64,000 nucleotides of DNA from Phormidesmis sp. (GTDB lineage Bacteria; Cyanobacteriota; Cyanobacteriia; Phormidesmidales; Phormidesmidaceae): the NCBI GenBank assembly GCA_045110585.1, contig JBGCGG010000063.1, positions 11,732 to 75,731 on the forward strand. The letters run 5' to 3'. Below are positions 1 to 10,361 of the stretch, in pieces (the stretch's first letter is position 1; each line of letters opens with the position of its first letter). Under the pieces are notes generated by a model. The model did no database searches. It was given only the letters and a program-made list of their open reading frames with translations, and was not told where the DNA came from. The translations under genes were made by a program, and so were the position numbers.

Positions 1-926
1 GAGGTGCTAGTTGCCAGACTCGTAATGGCAAAGCTAGTCGTATTGATCAGCAGTTTGAGGGTGTGTTGCTGACAGTGTTCAATCAGCGATCTCTGAATTT
101 CTTTATCTTTTAGAGAGGAGACATAAATGGGCACAGGGGTAAGACCCTGCTGCGCGATCGCCGCTGAAAGGGATTCGATGACCCGTGTATTCCCTGCTAG
201 GTAATGTGCTTTATAAAAGAGGATACCAACGGATAATGATGAGCGTTGTAATGGTTGTTTATGAAGTATCTGTTTATCAATTAATGTACTTAATAATTCA
301 TTTGAAGCATCTTTTCTTAATGTCTGAAACGATGACTTGGGAATAGAAGATGGGGACGTTTGAGATATTAAAAAATTAGGTGTGAAAACGCCGATGTTTG
401 GAATATTTTGTGGTGGCGGCGGGGCAAAGTTTGTTGCAAAATACTGGTCGCAAATATACATAAGTGCATGGCGCACGTTATCGACCCCGCCCGTACAAAA
501 ATAACGCCAAAGCTGATTAACAACGGCAAAAGGCACCGTAGAATGGCCCATCAAATCCAGGTCAGGGCGGTCATCGCCAGGCATTACGATCAGGGCAATT
601 TCTGCACTGGCGGCGAGTTCTTTGAGCACCTCTAATCCATAAGACCAGTAGGCTCTACCCCCCAGTACCCGCAAAATAATCAGCTTAGAGTGGCTTAAAA
701 CCTCATCTGCATACGTATCTATGGTGAGCTGCTGCTGGAGCTGAAGCAAATTGACGGCGCGGATGTCTGGAAAGGGCGTAGATTGCTGCGAAATAGCCTG
801 AGCGATCGCGGCAATATCTGTATCGGCAGCTGTGAGTAAAACAATGGGCGCGGGCGTTTGCTCGATGAAAACAACACCCTCCGTGTTACTATTCCACCCG
901 CCTGGTGTCGCTGCTAATCGATGCAT
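1..926 (-). CDS. cobN: Cobaltochelatase subunit CobN, 5' part only (runs off the window start; absent from the ORF track because it has no stop in the window)
   Basis: Manual translation from ATG at 926: MHRLAATPGGWNSNTEGVVFIEQTPAPIVLLTAADTDI...QLTIDTYADEVL...RVLGGRAYWSYGLEV...VGILFYKAHYLAGNT, the typical cyanobacterial CobN N-terminus. Frame traced codon by codon without a stop to about position 108; a translation of the remainder to the edge also looked open. Confidence 0.92.
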   Translation of the reverse strand, partial: MHRLAATPGGWNSNTEGVVFIEQTPAPIVLLTAADTDIAAIAQAISQQSTPFPDIRAVNLLQLQQQLTIDTYADEVLSHSKLIILRVLGGRAYWSYGLEVLKELAASAEIALIVMPGDDRPDLDLMGHSTVPFAVVNQLWRYFCTGGVDNVRHALMYICDQYFATNFAPPPPQNIPNIGVFTPNFLISQTSPSSIPKSSFQTLRKDASNELLSTLIDKQILHKQPLQRSSLSVGILFYKAHYLAGNTRVIESLSAAIAQQGLTPVPIYVSSLKDKEIQRSLIEHCQQHTLKLLINTTSFAITSLATST

Positions 927-1525
927 AAAATTGCCTAACAAATTGAATCGTATATTGAAATATAAAAGAACTGTTTGGATAACACTACCTGCTGTAAAAC
1001 CAGCGTTAGTATGATGGCCACAGATGATTCAGATTTAGACAAAAAAGAGAGCGTATATTCTCTCAATAAAATTATGTTTCTTGTCCTAAAAGCTAATAGT
1101 ATTTGACACTAATCGTTCGTGAAGCAATTCTATTTTCTTTTAGTACCTTTTCTTTATCCCCACTTTTCTTTATCTCCAGAGGCTATCTCTGGTTAGCCTG
1201 CTCGAAAGTCGTCAGATACCCATGATTTAGGAGCATTTTTAACGTTAAGCAGCATTTACGTGACATTCGCTGAGTGATATTAGCGGCAGGCGATATTTAG
1301 ATATCAGTTAGATATCCGCCGAACATATGAGCCGACAATATCTGCCGACAGTATCAGTCGATATCCAATGCTTCGAGGTTAAAAAGAGCGAAAAATCGCC
1401 AATCTTCAGATATTTCTTTTATATAAAGTCTTAATAAGCCTGGTTATTTATCTAAAGTGCTGCGTAGCAGTGTGTATTTCTCGTTCTTGTCACTAGGCCC
1501 TTTTTCGTTAGGTAAGCAAACTCAT

Positions 1526-4069
1526 ATGCAAACTTCTGAGCACATCATTGCTTATCAAACCGTCTCTCTAGGCGCCTATCAGCGTTTGCGAGAAACCTTG
1601 CTACAGCAGTCACACTCGTTTGATTCAGTTGATCAAGTAGAAGGCGCTGATCAGGCAGGCGGGTTCGTTTTAATGCGCTCAAGTGCGCTAAATGTTCTGC
1701 TGACGGCCGTAAAACTGACTGAAGACAAACGGGCGACAGGGGAGAAACTGGCGAATGTCTCGCCTGAAGACGCGGGGGCTGAGTATCGAGTGGGCTTGAC
1801 CTTTGATGATCAGGCGATCGCTGTGTTTACGCAGCACTCACGCCCAGACCAGATAAGGCCAGACCCGTTCAAATCAGACCAGTTTAGGCCAGACCAGTTC
1901 AGACCAGAGCAATTCAGCCCAGATCAGTTAAGGCAAGATCAATTTAGGCCAGAAGAACCCCATGCCACCAGTCATTCATCTCGTCGAGGACGTTCATCTA
2001 TTCATGGCAGCATGGCAGAGCATGGCGGCATGGCAGAGCATGGCGGCATGACAGAGCATCGCGCTGCTAACTCAGGGGCTGTTCATGCACGTTCCCAAGG
2101 GGCAATCTCGCAAGAAGACAGATTAATTGCTCAAAAGTCTTTTGTTTTAGGCTGGGCCAAAAACCTAGCCGTCTCTCCAGAAGGCGATAGTCAGCCCACC
2201 CAAACCGCGTTGGATCATCAGTTGCAGCAGAGCTTATTGCTCGACCAAGTGATTACCCGCATTCGCCACAGCTTAGATTTATCAGCGATTTTAGAAACGA
2301 CCGTTGCTCAAGTGAGAGAGTTCTTATCGGCGGATAGATTGGTTCTATATCAGTTCGATCAGTTTGAGCTGGTGGGAGAGACGCCGCAGCAGGCATCTAC
2401 CGATGCAGAAAATCTATCTTCAGCGCAAGCTGATAAGGTAGAAGTCGCCGCATCTGTACCTAAGGAACGCACCTCTCCTCATTCTCCTTCTAAGGTCGGC
2501 CGCTCTATTTACTCAGGTCATGTAACCTACGAATCCAGAGTGTCTGACGACATTCCAACGGTTCTGCATCTTTCTGAGAAAGAATGCTTTTCTCCGACGC
2601 AGGCAGGCCGCCATGCCCGTTATCTGATGGGGCAGCCGATTGCTGTTAATAATGTCGATGAAGGTTATCGAGATATTCCCTGTTTACTTAACTTTTTGCG
2701 TCAGGCCAACGTTAAGTCCAAAATTATTGCGCCTATTATTGTTCAAGACCAGCTCTGGGGATTGTTAATTGCCCATCAGTGCCATACCTACCGAACTTGG
2801 GAAAAGTCAGAAGCTGTCTTTCTGCAACACATTGCTGAACATTTGGCCGTTGCAATCAGCCAGGCGTCTTTATATCAGCAGCTTCGTCAGCAAACGGTGA
2901 GCCTAGAAAGCTGTGTGATAGAGCGTACGCAGAGTCTGCATGATGCACTGATAGCGGCTGAGTCGGCCAATATTACTAAGGACGAGTTTCTCTCGACCAT
3001 GAGTCATGAGTTAAGAACGCCGCTGACCTACATTATTGGGATGTCAGCGACGCTGTTGCGTTGGTCATTAGGAGAGCTAAATGATCGTCAGCGGAGCTAT
3101 CTGAAAACCATTAATCAAAGTGGTGAACAGTTACTGAAGGTAATCAATGACATTCTGGAATTTGCCAGTGTGGAGTCGGGGCGATCGCTGCTCGATGCCA
3201 GTACGCTCTCTTTAAGTCAGTTTATTGAGCGCGTGGTGACCAGCCATCAGCCTATGGCCAAGCAGCAAGAGGTGGCTCTGAATTTAAGTGTTGAGGTTTC
3301 GCCAGAGGAAGACTGGATAGAAGCCGATGATAAACGGCTACAGCAAATCGTCGATAACTTGATTCATAACGCGATTAAGTTTACGGGGGCAGGCGGTCAA
3401 GTCACGGTACGGGTGTGGCGAGAGTCTCAATCGGTTATTTTTCAGGTAAAAGATACGGGTATTGGCATTCCTGAATCCCAGCAGGACGAGCTTTTTCAGA
3501 AATTCAAGCAGCTAGAGTCCCCATTTCAGCGGCAGTACTCGGGCACTGGATTAGGGCTGGCGATGACCAAGCGCCTGGTGGAGCTGCACGGCGGTACGAT
3601 TCAGGTGCGCTCCAAAGTCGCAAAAGGCTCTACCTTTACAGTTCGGCTGCCCGCATATGGTGAGCTGGCCGCTGCACTTGAAAAGCGTCCTGATACTTTA
3701 GAGTCAACGCTGCTGCAAACCCATCCTAAGCGGGTGATCTTGCTAGAGGAAGATGAAAACAATGCTGCGATCGCCTGTGAAATGCTGACCGCTGCTGGGT
3801 ACGAAGTTATTTGGCTGATCGAATCTCATCAGCTCCCCGATCAGCTCAGTACCCTCAAGCCTGCGCTCCTGATTGCCGACCTCTCCTTACTAAGTCCTGA
3901 TCTTGGCAGCATAAAAACAATCCAACACACCATCACTGCGCTAAACACCAAGGTGCTCGCCATTTCCACAGAGCAAACGTTTAATCACTCAGCGATGGCC
4001 CATCACGATATTTTGCACAAGCCCCTCGATCCTAAAGCGTTGCTAGGCAAAGTAAAGCAGCTGGCATAG
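1526..4069 (+). CDS. cikA: GAF-containing hybrid histidine kinase, CikA-type (GAF-HisKA-HATPase-receiver)
   Basis: GAF (RIRHSLDL...DRLVLYQF...LWGLLIAHQC), H-box MSHELRTPLTYIIGMSATLLRW as in CikA, N/G boxes (NLIHNAIKFT, DTGIGI, GTGLGL), C-terminal receiver. ATG at 1526 preferred over the track's 1457 start. Confidence 0.85.
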   Translation: MQTSEHIIAYQTVSLGAYQRLRETLLQQSHSFDSVDQVEGADQAGGFVLMRSSALNVLLTAVKLTEDKRATGEKLANVSPEDAGAEYRVGLTFDDQAIAVFTQHSRPDQIRPDPFKSDQFRPDQFRPEQFSPDQLRQDQFRPEEPHATSHSSRRGRSSIHGSMAEHGGMAEHGGMTEHRAANSGAVHARSQGAISQEDRLIAQKSFVLGWAKNLAVSPEGDSQPTQTALDHQLQQSLLLDQVITRIRHSLDLSAILETTVAQVREFLSADRLVLYQFDQFELVGETPQQASTDAENLSSAQADKVEVAASVPKERTSPHSPSKVGRSIYSGHVTYESRVSDDIPTVLHLSEKECFSPTQAGRHARYLMGQPIAVNNVDEGYRDIPCLLNFLRQANVKSKIIAPIIVQDQLWGLLIAHQCHTYRTWEKSEAVFLQHIAEHLAVAISQASLYQQLRQQTVSLESCVIERTQSLHDALIAAESANITKDEFLSTMSHELRTPLTYIIGMSATLLRWSLGELNDRQRSYLKTINQSGEQLLKVINDILEFASVESGRSLLDASTLSLSQFIERVVTSHQPMAKQQEVALNLSVEVSPEEDWIEADDKRLQQIVDNLIHNAIKFTGAGGQVTVRVWRESQSVIFQVKDTGIGIPESQQDELFQKFKQLESPFQRQYSGTGLGLAMTKRLVELHGGTIQVRSKVAKGSTFTVRLPAYGELAAALEKRPDTLESTLLQTHPKRVILLEEDENNAAIACEMLTAAGYEVIWLIESHQLPDQLSTLKPALLIADLSLLSPDLGSIKTIQHTITALNTKVLAISTEQTFNHSAMAHHDILHKPLDPKALLGKVKQLA

Positions 4070-4275
4070 GGCTGAGCGGTGAGTTTAATCCAAGGCTGAT
4101 TCAAGGCTAATTTGTGCGAGGTTGGCGGCACTCAGGTTTGGCTGGCCTAACTGTGAATGGCTTCAATTCGGTGATCGTTCGGGAATTACGCCTCCGTGCC
4201 GAGTGTCCCGATTAGACTCCCTTGTTACGATATGTGGGAATAGACACATTACGTAACCCAAAATGGGGAAGACAT

Positions 4276-6165
4276 ATGCCCATTAAAAAGGATAAAAAGC
4301 CGCAGCAGCGAAAAGCGGCGAACTGGGTGCTTATTGCCATTAGCGCCGTTCTGCTGATCAGCACGTTTTTGCCCAATTCATTTAGTCAAAAGGCCGAGCG
4401 CGTTCCGTACAGCGCCTTTATCGATCAGGTCAAAGCGCATGATGTTTTGAATGCGAATGTTGGCGACAAGCAGATCCAGTATCAGCTCGAAGAAGGCGGT
4501 GCGGTGTACGAAACCATCCCCGTTTTTGATTTGAATTTGCCTACGCTCTTGCAAGATAACGGCGTAGAATTTTCAGCGCCTGCGCCATCTGGCAATGCTT
4601 GGTTTGGCAGCTTGCTGAGCTGGGTAATTCCGCCATTAATTTTTGTGGGTGTGTGGCAGTTCTTCCTCGCGCGCGGTCAGCGCGGTGGTCAAGGCGGCGT
4701 CTTTTCGATTGGCAAAAGCCGCGCCAAGGTTTACGTAGAAGATGAAGATACCAAGACAACCTTTGCCGATGTGGCGGGCGTTGATGAGGCCAAAACTGAG
4801 CTGGTTGAAATTGTAGACTTTTTGCAGAACTCTAAGCGATTTACAGACTTAGGGGCACGGATTCCGAAGGGCGTATTGCTTGTGGGGCCGCCCGGCACGG
4901 GTAAAACACTGCTGGCTAAAGCGGTGGCGGGTGAAGCAGGCGTGCCGTTCTTTAGTATCTCAGGGTCTGAGTTTATTGAGATGTTTGTGGGCGTTGGCTC
5001 TTCGCGGGTGCGCGATTTGTTTGAACAGGCCAAAAAACAAGCGCCCTGCATCATTTTTATTGATGAGCTAGACGCGATTGGTAAGTCTCGGGCATCGGGT
5101 GGTTTTTATGGCGGTAACGATGAGCGCGAGCAAACCTTAAATCAGCTCTTGGCTGAAATGGATGGCTTCGGCGCTGGGGAAGACACGATTATTGTGCTGG
5201 CTGCGACGAACAGACCAGAGACGTTAGATCCGGCTTTGCTAAGGCCCGGACGCTTTGATCGTCAGGTGCTGGTAGACAGACCCGATTTGAAAGGGCGTCA
5301 GGCGATCTTGAATATTCATGCAGCGGAAGTGAAGCTTGCAGCGGAAGTGGATTTGACTGCGATCGCCACTCGCACACCCGGATTTGCAGGTGCAGATTTG
5401 GCTAACCTTGTAAACGAAGCGGCGCTGCTGGCTGCCCGTAATCATCGGGAAGCCGTAGAGCAGCAAGACTTCGCCGAAGCGATTGAGCGGGTTGTCGCTG
5501 GTTTGGAAAAGCGCAGCCGCGTCCTCAACGATAAGGAAAAAGAAATCGTTGCTTATCACGAAGTCGGTCATGCTTTAGTGGGTGCTGCAATGCCTGGCTC
5601 CGACGAAGTCGAAAAGATTTCAATTGTGCCAAGAGGTATGGCCGCACTGGGTTACACCCTACAGCTACCAACCGAAGATCGATTCTTGCGTGACGAAGCT
5701 GAGCTGAAGGGGCAAATTGCCACGATGCTGGGTGGTCGCTCTGCGGAAGAAGTCGTATTCGGTTCTATTACAACGGGCGCGGCAAACGATTTGCAGCGAG
5801 CCACAGATGTGGCGGAACAAATGGTGACCAGCTACGGCATGAGCGAAGTGCTGGGGCCGTTGGCTTATGATCGCAGTAAGCAAAACACCTTCTTAGATAA
5901 TGGTTCTATGCCGAATGCTCGCCGTTTGGTGAGTGATGAAACGGCCAAGGCGATTGATGAAGAAGTCAAGTCGATTGTAGAATCTGCCCATCAGCGGGCG
6001 CTGAGTATCTTGCGAGATAACCGTGACTTACTAGCAGAAATTTCGCAGCTACTGCTCAAAGAAGAAGTGATTGAAGGCGATCGCCTGCGTGACATGCTAG
6101 CTAAAGTAAAGCTCAACGTACCTGATAGCGCTGTAGAAGATGCGCGACAGGCGGTAGAGGTATAG
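4276..6165 (+). CDS. ftsH: ATP-dependent zinc metalloprotease FtsH (FtsH4-like)
   Basis: Walker A GPPGTGKT, Walker B IIFIDE, SRH, HEVGH zinc motif, two N-terminal hydrophobic segments; ATG at 4276 (MPIKK). Confidence 0.95.
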   Translation: MPIKKDKKPQQRKAANWVLIAISAVLLISTFLPNSFSQKAERVPYSAFIDQVKAHDVLNANVGDKQIQYQLEEGGAVYETIPVFDLNLPTLLQDNGVEFSAPAPSGNAWFGSLLSWVIPPLIFVGVWQFFLARGQRGGQGGVFSIGKSRAKVYVEDEDTKTTFADVAGVDEAKTELVEIVDFLQNSKRFTDLGARIPKGVLLVGPPGTGKTLLAKAVAGEAGVPFFSISGSEFIEMFVGVGSSRVRDLFEQAKKQAPCIIFIDELDAIGKSRASGGFYGGNDEREQTLNQLLAEMDGFGAGEDTIIVLAATNRPETLDPALLRPGRFDRQVLVDRPDLKGRQAILNIHAAEVKLAAEVDLTAIATRTPGFAGADLANLVNEAALLAARNHREAVEQQDFAEAIERVVAGLEKRSRVLNDKEKEIVAYHEVGHALVGAAMPGSDEVEKISIVPRGMAALGYTLQLPTEDRFLRDEAELKGQIATMLGGRSAEEVVFGSITTGAANDLQRATDVAEQMVTSYGMSEVLGPLAYDRSKQNTFLDNGSMPNARRLVSDETAKAIDEEVKSIVESAHQRALSILRDNRDLLAEISQLLLKEEVIEGDRLRDMLAKVKLNVPDSAVEDARQAVEV

Positions 6166-6209
6166 GCTTCAAATTAGCCCAGCTGATATCTCCTCAATTT
6201 GATAAGTAA

Positions 6210-6255
6210 GTCAAAAGCAGCGGGTAACCTTTCACGGGAACTGGCTGCTTTTGAC
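6210..6255 (+). terminator. Stem-loop after ftsH, probable terminator
   Basis: 12-bp perfect arms gtcaaaagcagc / gctgcttttgac, 45 nt after the ftsH stop; a T-rich stretch follows at 6264-6268. Confidence 0.55.
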
Positions 6256-6269
6256 ATTAATCCTTTTTG

Positions 6270-6377
6270 AAATGAACCCTGCCACTAATGAAATCTATTT
6301 TCATTAGTGGCAGGGTTCATTTCATGCCTAATCTCTAATTCATAAGAGGTAATAGATATTAGAGATTAGGCATGAAA
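6270..6377. repeat. Two abutting perfect long inverted repeats (24 bp and 20 bp arms)
   Basis: 6270-6293 pairs with 6299-6322; 6320-6339 pairs with 6358-6377. Confidence 0.9.
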
Positions 6378-6700
6378 TATACAGCTCGAACCCTGCTGAT
6401 TCGTTATCTTGAAAGGTGAATCCGCTAAACCTTGAGCGCTCAAGCTTAAAGATACGTAAGTGAAAGATGTGCAAGTAATAAAAGACGGTTGATGAATAAA
6501 GACATCGTAATTACATGGGACGCAGAAACTGTTTTATGATCTTGAAGGCGACGGCATATTGCCCGTTACTGTTCCTACTCGCCTAATCTCTTGTCTTTTC
6601 AGGCTTTTGTCTTTTCAGGCCGTTTTCTTAGGCTGCCTTTTGTCTTTGCTGCCGCCATCTCGCACTGCTTCTGATTTGCCCACTTTTTATTTTCAACGTC

Positions 6701-7384
6701 ATGCAAACAAAAAGAGGGCACCTCAACTGCTCAGCGCCCCATACACCTGTTAGCACCCCGCGCCAAAAACAGGGCGCTATCAAGTCTAAGCGTCGTCGAG
6801 GGTTACCTGGCCCGGTTGAAGTATTTTTCTGGGCGATCGCGCTGATTGTGGTTGCGCCGGTCGCTGGTGTCGCTTATCTGCGCTACCAACAGCAGTTTCT
6901 AGATCCGCCCGTTGCGCTGGTTTTGGGGGGCGCGCCCGAGCGCGAACAGTTCGCAGCGCAGTTTGCCAAAGCTCATCCCCATGTCAGAATTTGGGTTTCT
7001 TCTGGCAGCAACCCCGAATATGCGCGCTGGGTATTTGATCAAGCGCAGGTGCCAAACGAACAGTGGGCGCTCGACTACCAGGCCGTCGATACGGTTACCA
7101 ATTTCACAACGCTGGTAGACAAACTAGAGTCTCGACAAATCGATCAGGTCTATCTCATTACGTCTGACTACCACATGCGTAGAGCCAGTGTGGTTGCTCA
7201 GATTGTATTAGGGAGCAGAGGCATTAACTTTAAGCCGGTGGCCATTCCTACTGAGCACGATCCGGAAAGGCCAGAGACCCTTGCTAGGGATGTTCGCGAT
7301 GGACTGCGATCGCTGCTTTGGGTCGTGACAGGCAAAACAGGCTCCGAATTGAAACAAAGCTTTAGTCGCAGCGCTCAGCCGTAG
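6701..7384 (+). CDS. YdcF/DUF218 family membrane-anchored protein
   Basis: One TM helix, then VLGG, IWVSSG, A-DTVTNF and LITSDYHMRRA motifs. Confidence 0.85.
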   Translation: MQTKRGHLNCSAPHTPVSTPRQKQGAIKSKRRRGLPGPVEVFFWAIALIVVAPVAGVAYLRYQQQFLDPPVALVLGGAPEREQFAAQFAKAHPHVRIWVSSGSNPEYARWVFDQAQVPNEQWALDYQAVDTVTNFTTLVDKLESRQIDQVYLITSDYHMRRASVVAQIVLGSRGINFKPVAIPTEHDPERPETLARDVRDGLRSLLWVVTGKTGSELKQSFSRSAQP

Positions 7385-7549
7385 TCGGCTTAGCTTGTGT
7401 TTTGCTTAGTTGGCATAACCTTTAGTCTTCTCAGTCAATGGTTCATGCAGAATGGTTCATGCAGAATGGTTTGCTTAGTTCATCGCTAGTTTAGCCCATA
7501 CTCTGCTTAACTAGCAGTTCGCTTAGCCAATAGTTCTAATCGTAAAAAA

Positions 7550-8344
7550 ATGACAGCGACAACGCCTTCAAATAGTCAAAACTCCACTTCTGACCCTTCT
7601 CCACAAGCTTCGCCCTACACGCAAACTCAACTTAAAGTATGGCTACGGGGTTTGCTGAGCATTGCTTGGGCCGATGGCCACTTTGAAGACGCTGAGAAAA
7701 AAATGATCCACATCATGGTGGAATCAGAATTTGCACCCGGTACAGACTTTGAGACCCTAGACCCTATTGAGCCAGCTGATCTGGCAAAAGAACTGCACCT
7801 AGATAATGCCGCTGCTCAGAACTTTCTACGAATGGCTGTGATGGTCGCTTTGGCGAACGGCATTTATTCTGAAGCGGAAGATAAAAAAATCATGGCCTTC
7901 GCCGAAGCACTTTCTATCGAAGAAGCGGCGCTGACCTCTATTCGGACAATGCTGCAAGGCTTAAGGACACTGGATGCTAAAGCGGCCGCCTCCACTCAAG
8001 CCGCCTCTACTCAATCCGCCTCCACTCAATCCGATAAACCTAGCTTAGGCAAAAAGGTTTCCACGCTAGGTAAGGCCGTCAGTGATGCAGAACCGCTGAA
8101 GCCAGCCCGTGATTGGCTCGATCAGCTCACCATAGAAGATCCGCGACTAGCCAGATTTGTCTGTAGACTGGTGCCCTCCCAATGCCCGTTTGAACGGGAC
8201 GTCACCATTTTCGGTCGCAAAGTCATACATATTCCCCTAATGTGCAAAATTAATCCCTTATACGAGCAATTAGTCGGACTCCGGTTTAGAGCGTTGAACT
8301 ACCTTGCAGACGATTGTGGTGAAGACGTAACGCCATACGTGTAG
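7550..8344 (+). CDS. TerB-like N-terminal domain plus 'Mo-dependent nitrogenase C-terminal' family domain (not a nitrogenase)
   Basis: WLRGLLSIAWADG...AVMVALANG.YSEAE N-terminus; C-terminal CPFERD...HIPLMCKINPLYEQLVGLRFRAL motif. Confidence 0.85.
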   Translation: MTATTPSNSQNSTSDPSPQASPYTQTQLKVWLRGLLSIAWADGHFEDAEKKMIHIMVESEFAPGTDFETLDPIEPADLAKELHLDNAAAQNFLRMAVMVALANGIYSEAEDKKIMAFAEALSIEEAALTSIRTMLQGLRTLDAKAAASTQAASTQSASTQSDKPSLGKKVSTLGKAVSDAEPLKPARDWLDQLTIEDPRLARFVCRLVPSQCPFERDVTIFGRKVIHIPLMCKINPLYEQLVGLRFRALNYLADDCGEDVTPYV

Positions 8345-8384
8345 CATCACTGATGTCAGGGCAGACGGGCTGTAATGTATCTGC

Positions 8385-10274
8385 ATGGAAACAAGTTCAG
8401 CTGATATTTTAGTCGCCGATATTTTAGTAGTCGGTGGGGGCGCGGGCGCTACGGCTGCGGCACTTCAGGCTGCCAGACGCAATGCTAATTTGCGTGTGAT
8501 ATTGGTTTCAGAGCTGCCTTGGCTAGGGGGCATGCTGACATCGGCTGGTGTGTCTGCGCCGGATGGAAATGAATTAGCCGCGTTTCAAACGGGCATTTGG
8601 GGGGCGTTTTTAAAGGCGCTGAGGCAACGGCATCCCGGCGGTTTAGATAACGGCTGGGTGAGCTTTTTTACATACTCTCCGGCAGTTGGCGCACAGATTT
8701 TTGCCGATTGGGTCGCGGCGCTGCCGAATTTGCAGTGGATTTCAGGGCAAAGGGCGAGGGCGGTGTTGCGATCGCCCGTAAATGCCATCATCGGTGTCCA
8801 GTTTGATACGGTTACCGTCAACGCCAAAATTACGCTCGATGGCACCGAACTCGGCGATTTATTGGCGTTAGGCGAGGTTCCTCACCGGTGGGGATGGGAA
8901 ACGCAATCCGCATGGCAAGAACCTAGCGCCCCAGTCTCTTTAACAGATCCTGCCGACCCGCTCTATGCCATTACCCAACGCTACCCTGTGCAGTCCCCCA
9001 CTTGGGTTGTGGTCATGCAAGACTACGGCACACAGAACGGCACGGAGACAGCGCCCATTATTCAAGCGCCGCCGGTGTGTACCCCCGATAGCGAATTTGA
9101 AGGGGCTTGGGCGAACTGCGGAGACGGTGAAGCCAGTTCCACAACCGCCAGTGGCGAAGTTTGTTTGAACTATGGCCGTTTGCCCAATGGTCAGCTGATG
9201 ATCAATTGGCCGCACCATGGCAATGACTATGGCGTAGGGTTGCAGCGGCTAATTGAATCTGATCAAGCCAGAGTAGAGTATGGCCAAGCAGCTCAGTGGC
9301 ATAGTCAATCGTTTGCCCGCTACATCCAGCGCCGGTTAGGTCGCCGCTATGGCTTGGCCCAAGCCCTTTTTCCCAGCTCTAAACACTCACCAGGCGGTGC
9401 CTTTGCGCTGATGCCTTACTACCGAGAGAGCCGGAGAGTCATTGGCCTGCAAACCGTGAGTGAACCAGATATTTTGCCAATGGCAGGGATGCAGGTGGCC
9501 GCATTGCCCATGAATAAGCAGGGTGAAATGAGTGCGATCGCCTACGGAAACTATCCCAACGATCACCATTATCCTGGCTACGAAATGCCCTTAGCGCCCA
9601 AATTTATTCGCTGGGGTGGGCGCATGACCGGAACCCCATTTACCATCCCTTACGAAGCGCTTGTTCCCAAGGCCGTAGATGGTCTGCTTATGTGCGAAAA
9701 AAATATTTCGGTTTCACACATCGCCAATGGTGCCACCCGGTTGCAGCCCGTGGTGTTAGGGGTAGGGCAAGCCGCAGGTATGGCCGCCGCTCTGTGCCTA
9801 GAGAATGGCTATCAGCCCAGAGAACTCAGCGAAAAGAAAGCAGTGCACACCCTGCAACAGGCTTTACTCTCGGATCCTGCTGCCCCTGCTGCGCTGATTC
9901 CCTTGTTTGATTTATCACCTGAACACCCTCAGTGGTATGCCGTTCAAAACCATTATCTTTCGCATCCAGAAACCTATCCTAGTAGCGGTTATTACGCAGC
10001 TACTAAAATGCGTTTTTCTACTGATCTATTTATTCAACCGCCCACTCAAAACGTTATCTCTGTTAAAGGCTGCTTTTTCTCAAATGGAGAAGGACAATAT
10101 GAAATCACACAAAAAACAGATGATAAACTTCCAAAAACCATACTTTTGGTAACAGTTAGATCGGAAATTACGGAGCTATTTGTGAAGATATTGAACGGGC
10201 AGCGAGTAGATATTCTAGGTGTATGGAACTCTGCTGGGAAATGGTTACTTTGCGAGCGAATAGAACTGCTGTAA
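8385..10274 (+). CDS. FAD-dependent oxidoreductase
   Basis: N-terminal VVGGGAGATAAA Rossmann motif, LGGMLTSAGV, DGTELGD, YYRESRR, ANGATRLQP. Confidence 0.85.
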   Translation: METSSADILVADILVVGGGAGATAAALQAARRNANLRVILVSELPWLGGMLTSAGVSAPDGNELAAFQTGIWGAFLKALRQRHPGGLDNGWVSFFTYSPAVGAQIFADWVAALPNLQWISGQRARAVLRSPVNAIIGVQFDTVTVNAKITLDGTELGDLLALGEVPHRWGWETQSAWQEPSAPVSLTDPADPLYAITQRYPVQSPTWVVVMQDYGTQNGTETAPIIQAPPVCTPDSEFEGAWANCGDGEASSTTASGEVCLNYGRLPNGQLMINWPHHGNDYGVGLQRLIESDQARVEYGQAAQWHSQSFARYIQRRLGRRYGLAQALFPSSKHSPGGAFALMPYYRESRRVIGLQTVSEPDILPMAGMQVAALPMNKQGEMSAIAYGNYPNDHHYPGYEMPLAPKFIRWGGRMTGTPFTIPYEALVPKAVDGLLMCEKNISVSHIANGATRLQPVVLGVGQAAGMAAALCLENGYQPRELSEKKAVHTLQQALLSDPAAPAALIPLFDLSPEHPQWYAVQNHYLSHPETYPSSGYYAATKMRFSTDLFIQPPTQNVISVKGCFFSNGEGQYEITQKTDDKLPKTILLVTVRSEITELFVKILNGQRVDILGVWNSAGKWLLCERIELL

Positions 10275-10300
10275 TTTGGGTCAATTCTTCACATATATCT

Positions 10301-10330
10301 TCCTGACTTTATAGAGAGTCAACGTAACAG
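10301..10330 (+). promoter_or_regulatory. Possible DIF1-like promoter of patX (TCCTGA-N17-GTA)
   Basis: TCCTGA at 10301-10306 is one mismatch from the TCCGGA DIF1 motif; GTAACAG starts at 10324; patX ATG at 10362. Confidence 0.35.
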
Positions 10331-10361
10331 TGAATAACGACTTGGAAATCACTTAGCAATC

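Noticed and set aside
408-1014. Plus-strand ORFs 408-635 and 832-1014
   Set aside because: Antisense shadows of the real minus-strand cobN frame.
927-1525. Cobalamin riboswitch upstream of cobN
   Set aside because: No recognisable B12-box or conserved core; only short local repeats.
7550-8344. Nitrogen fixation implied by the 'Mo-dependent nitrogenase' domain; also HIPLMC versus the usual HIPP motif
   Set aside because: The family name is a legacy label and no nif genes are present; the single substitution is too weak to interpret.
10324-10337. NtcA box upstream of patX
   Set aside because: GTA-N8-TAA, not GTA-N8-TAC; insufficient support.
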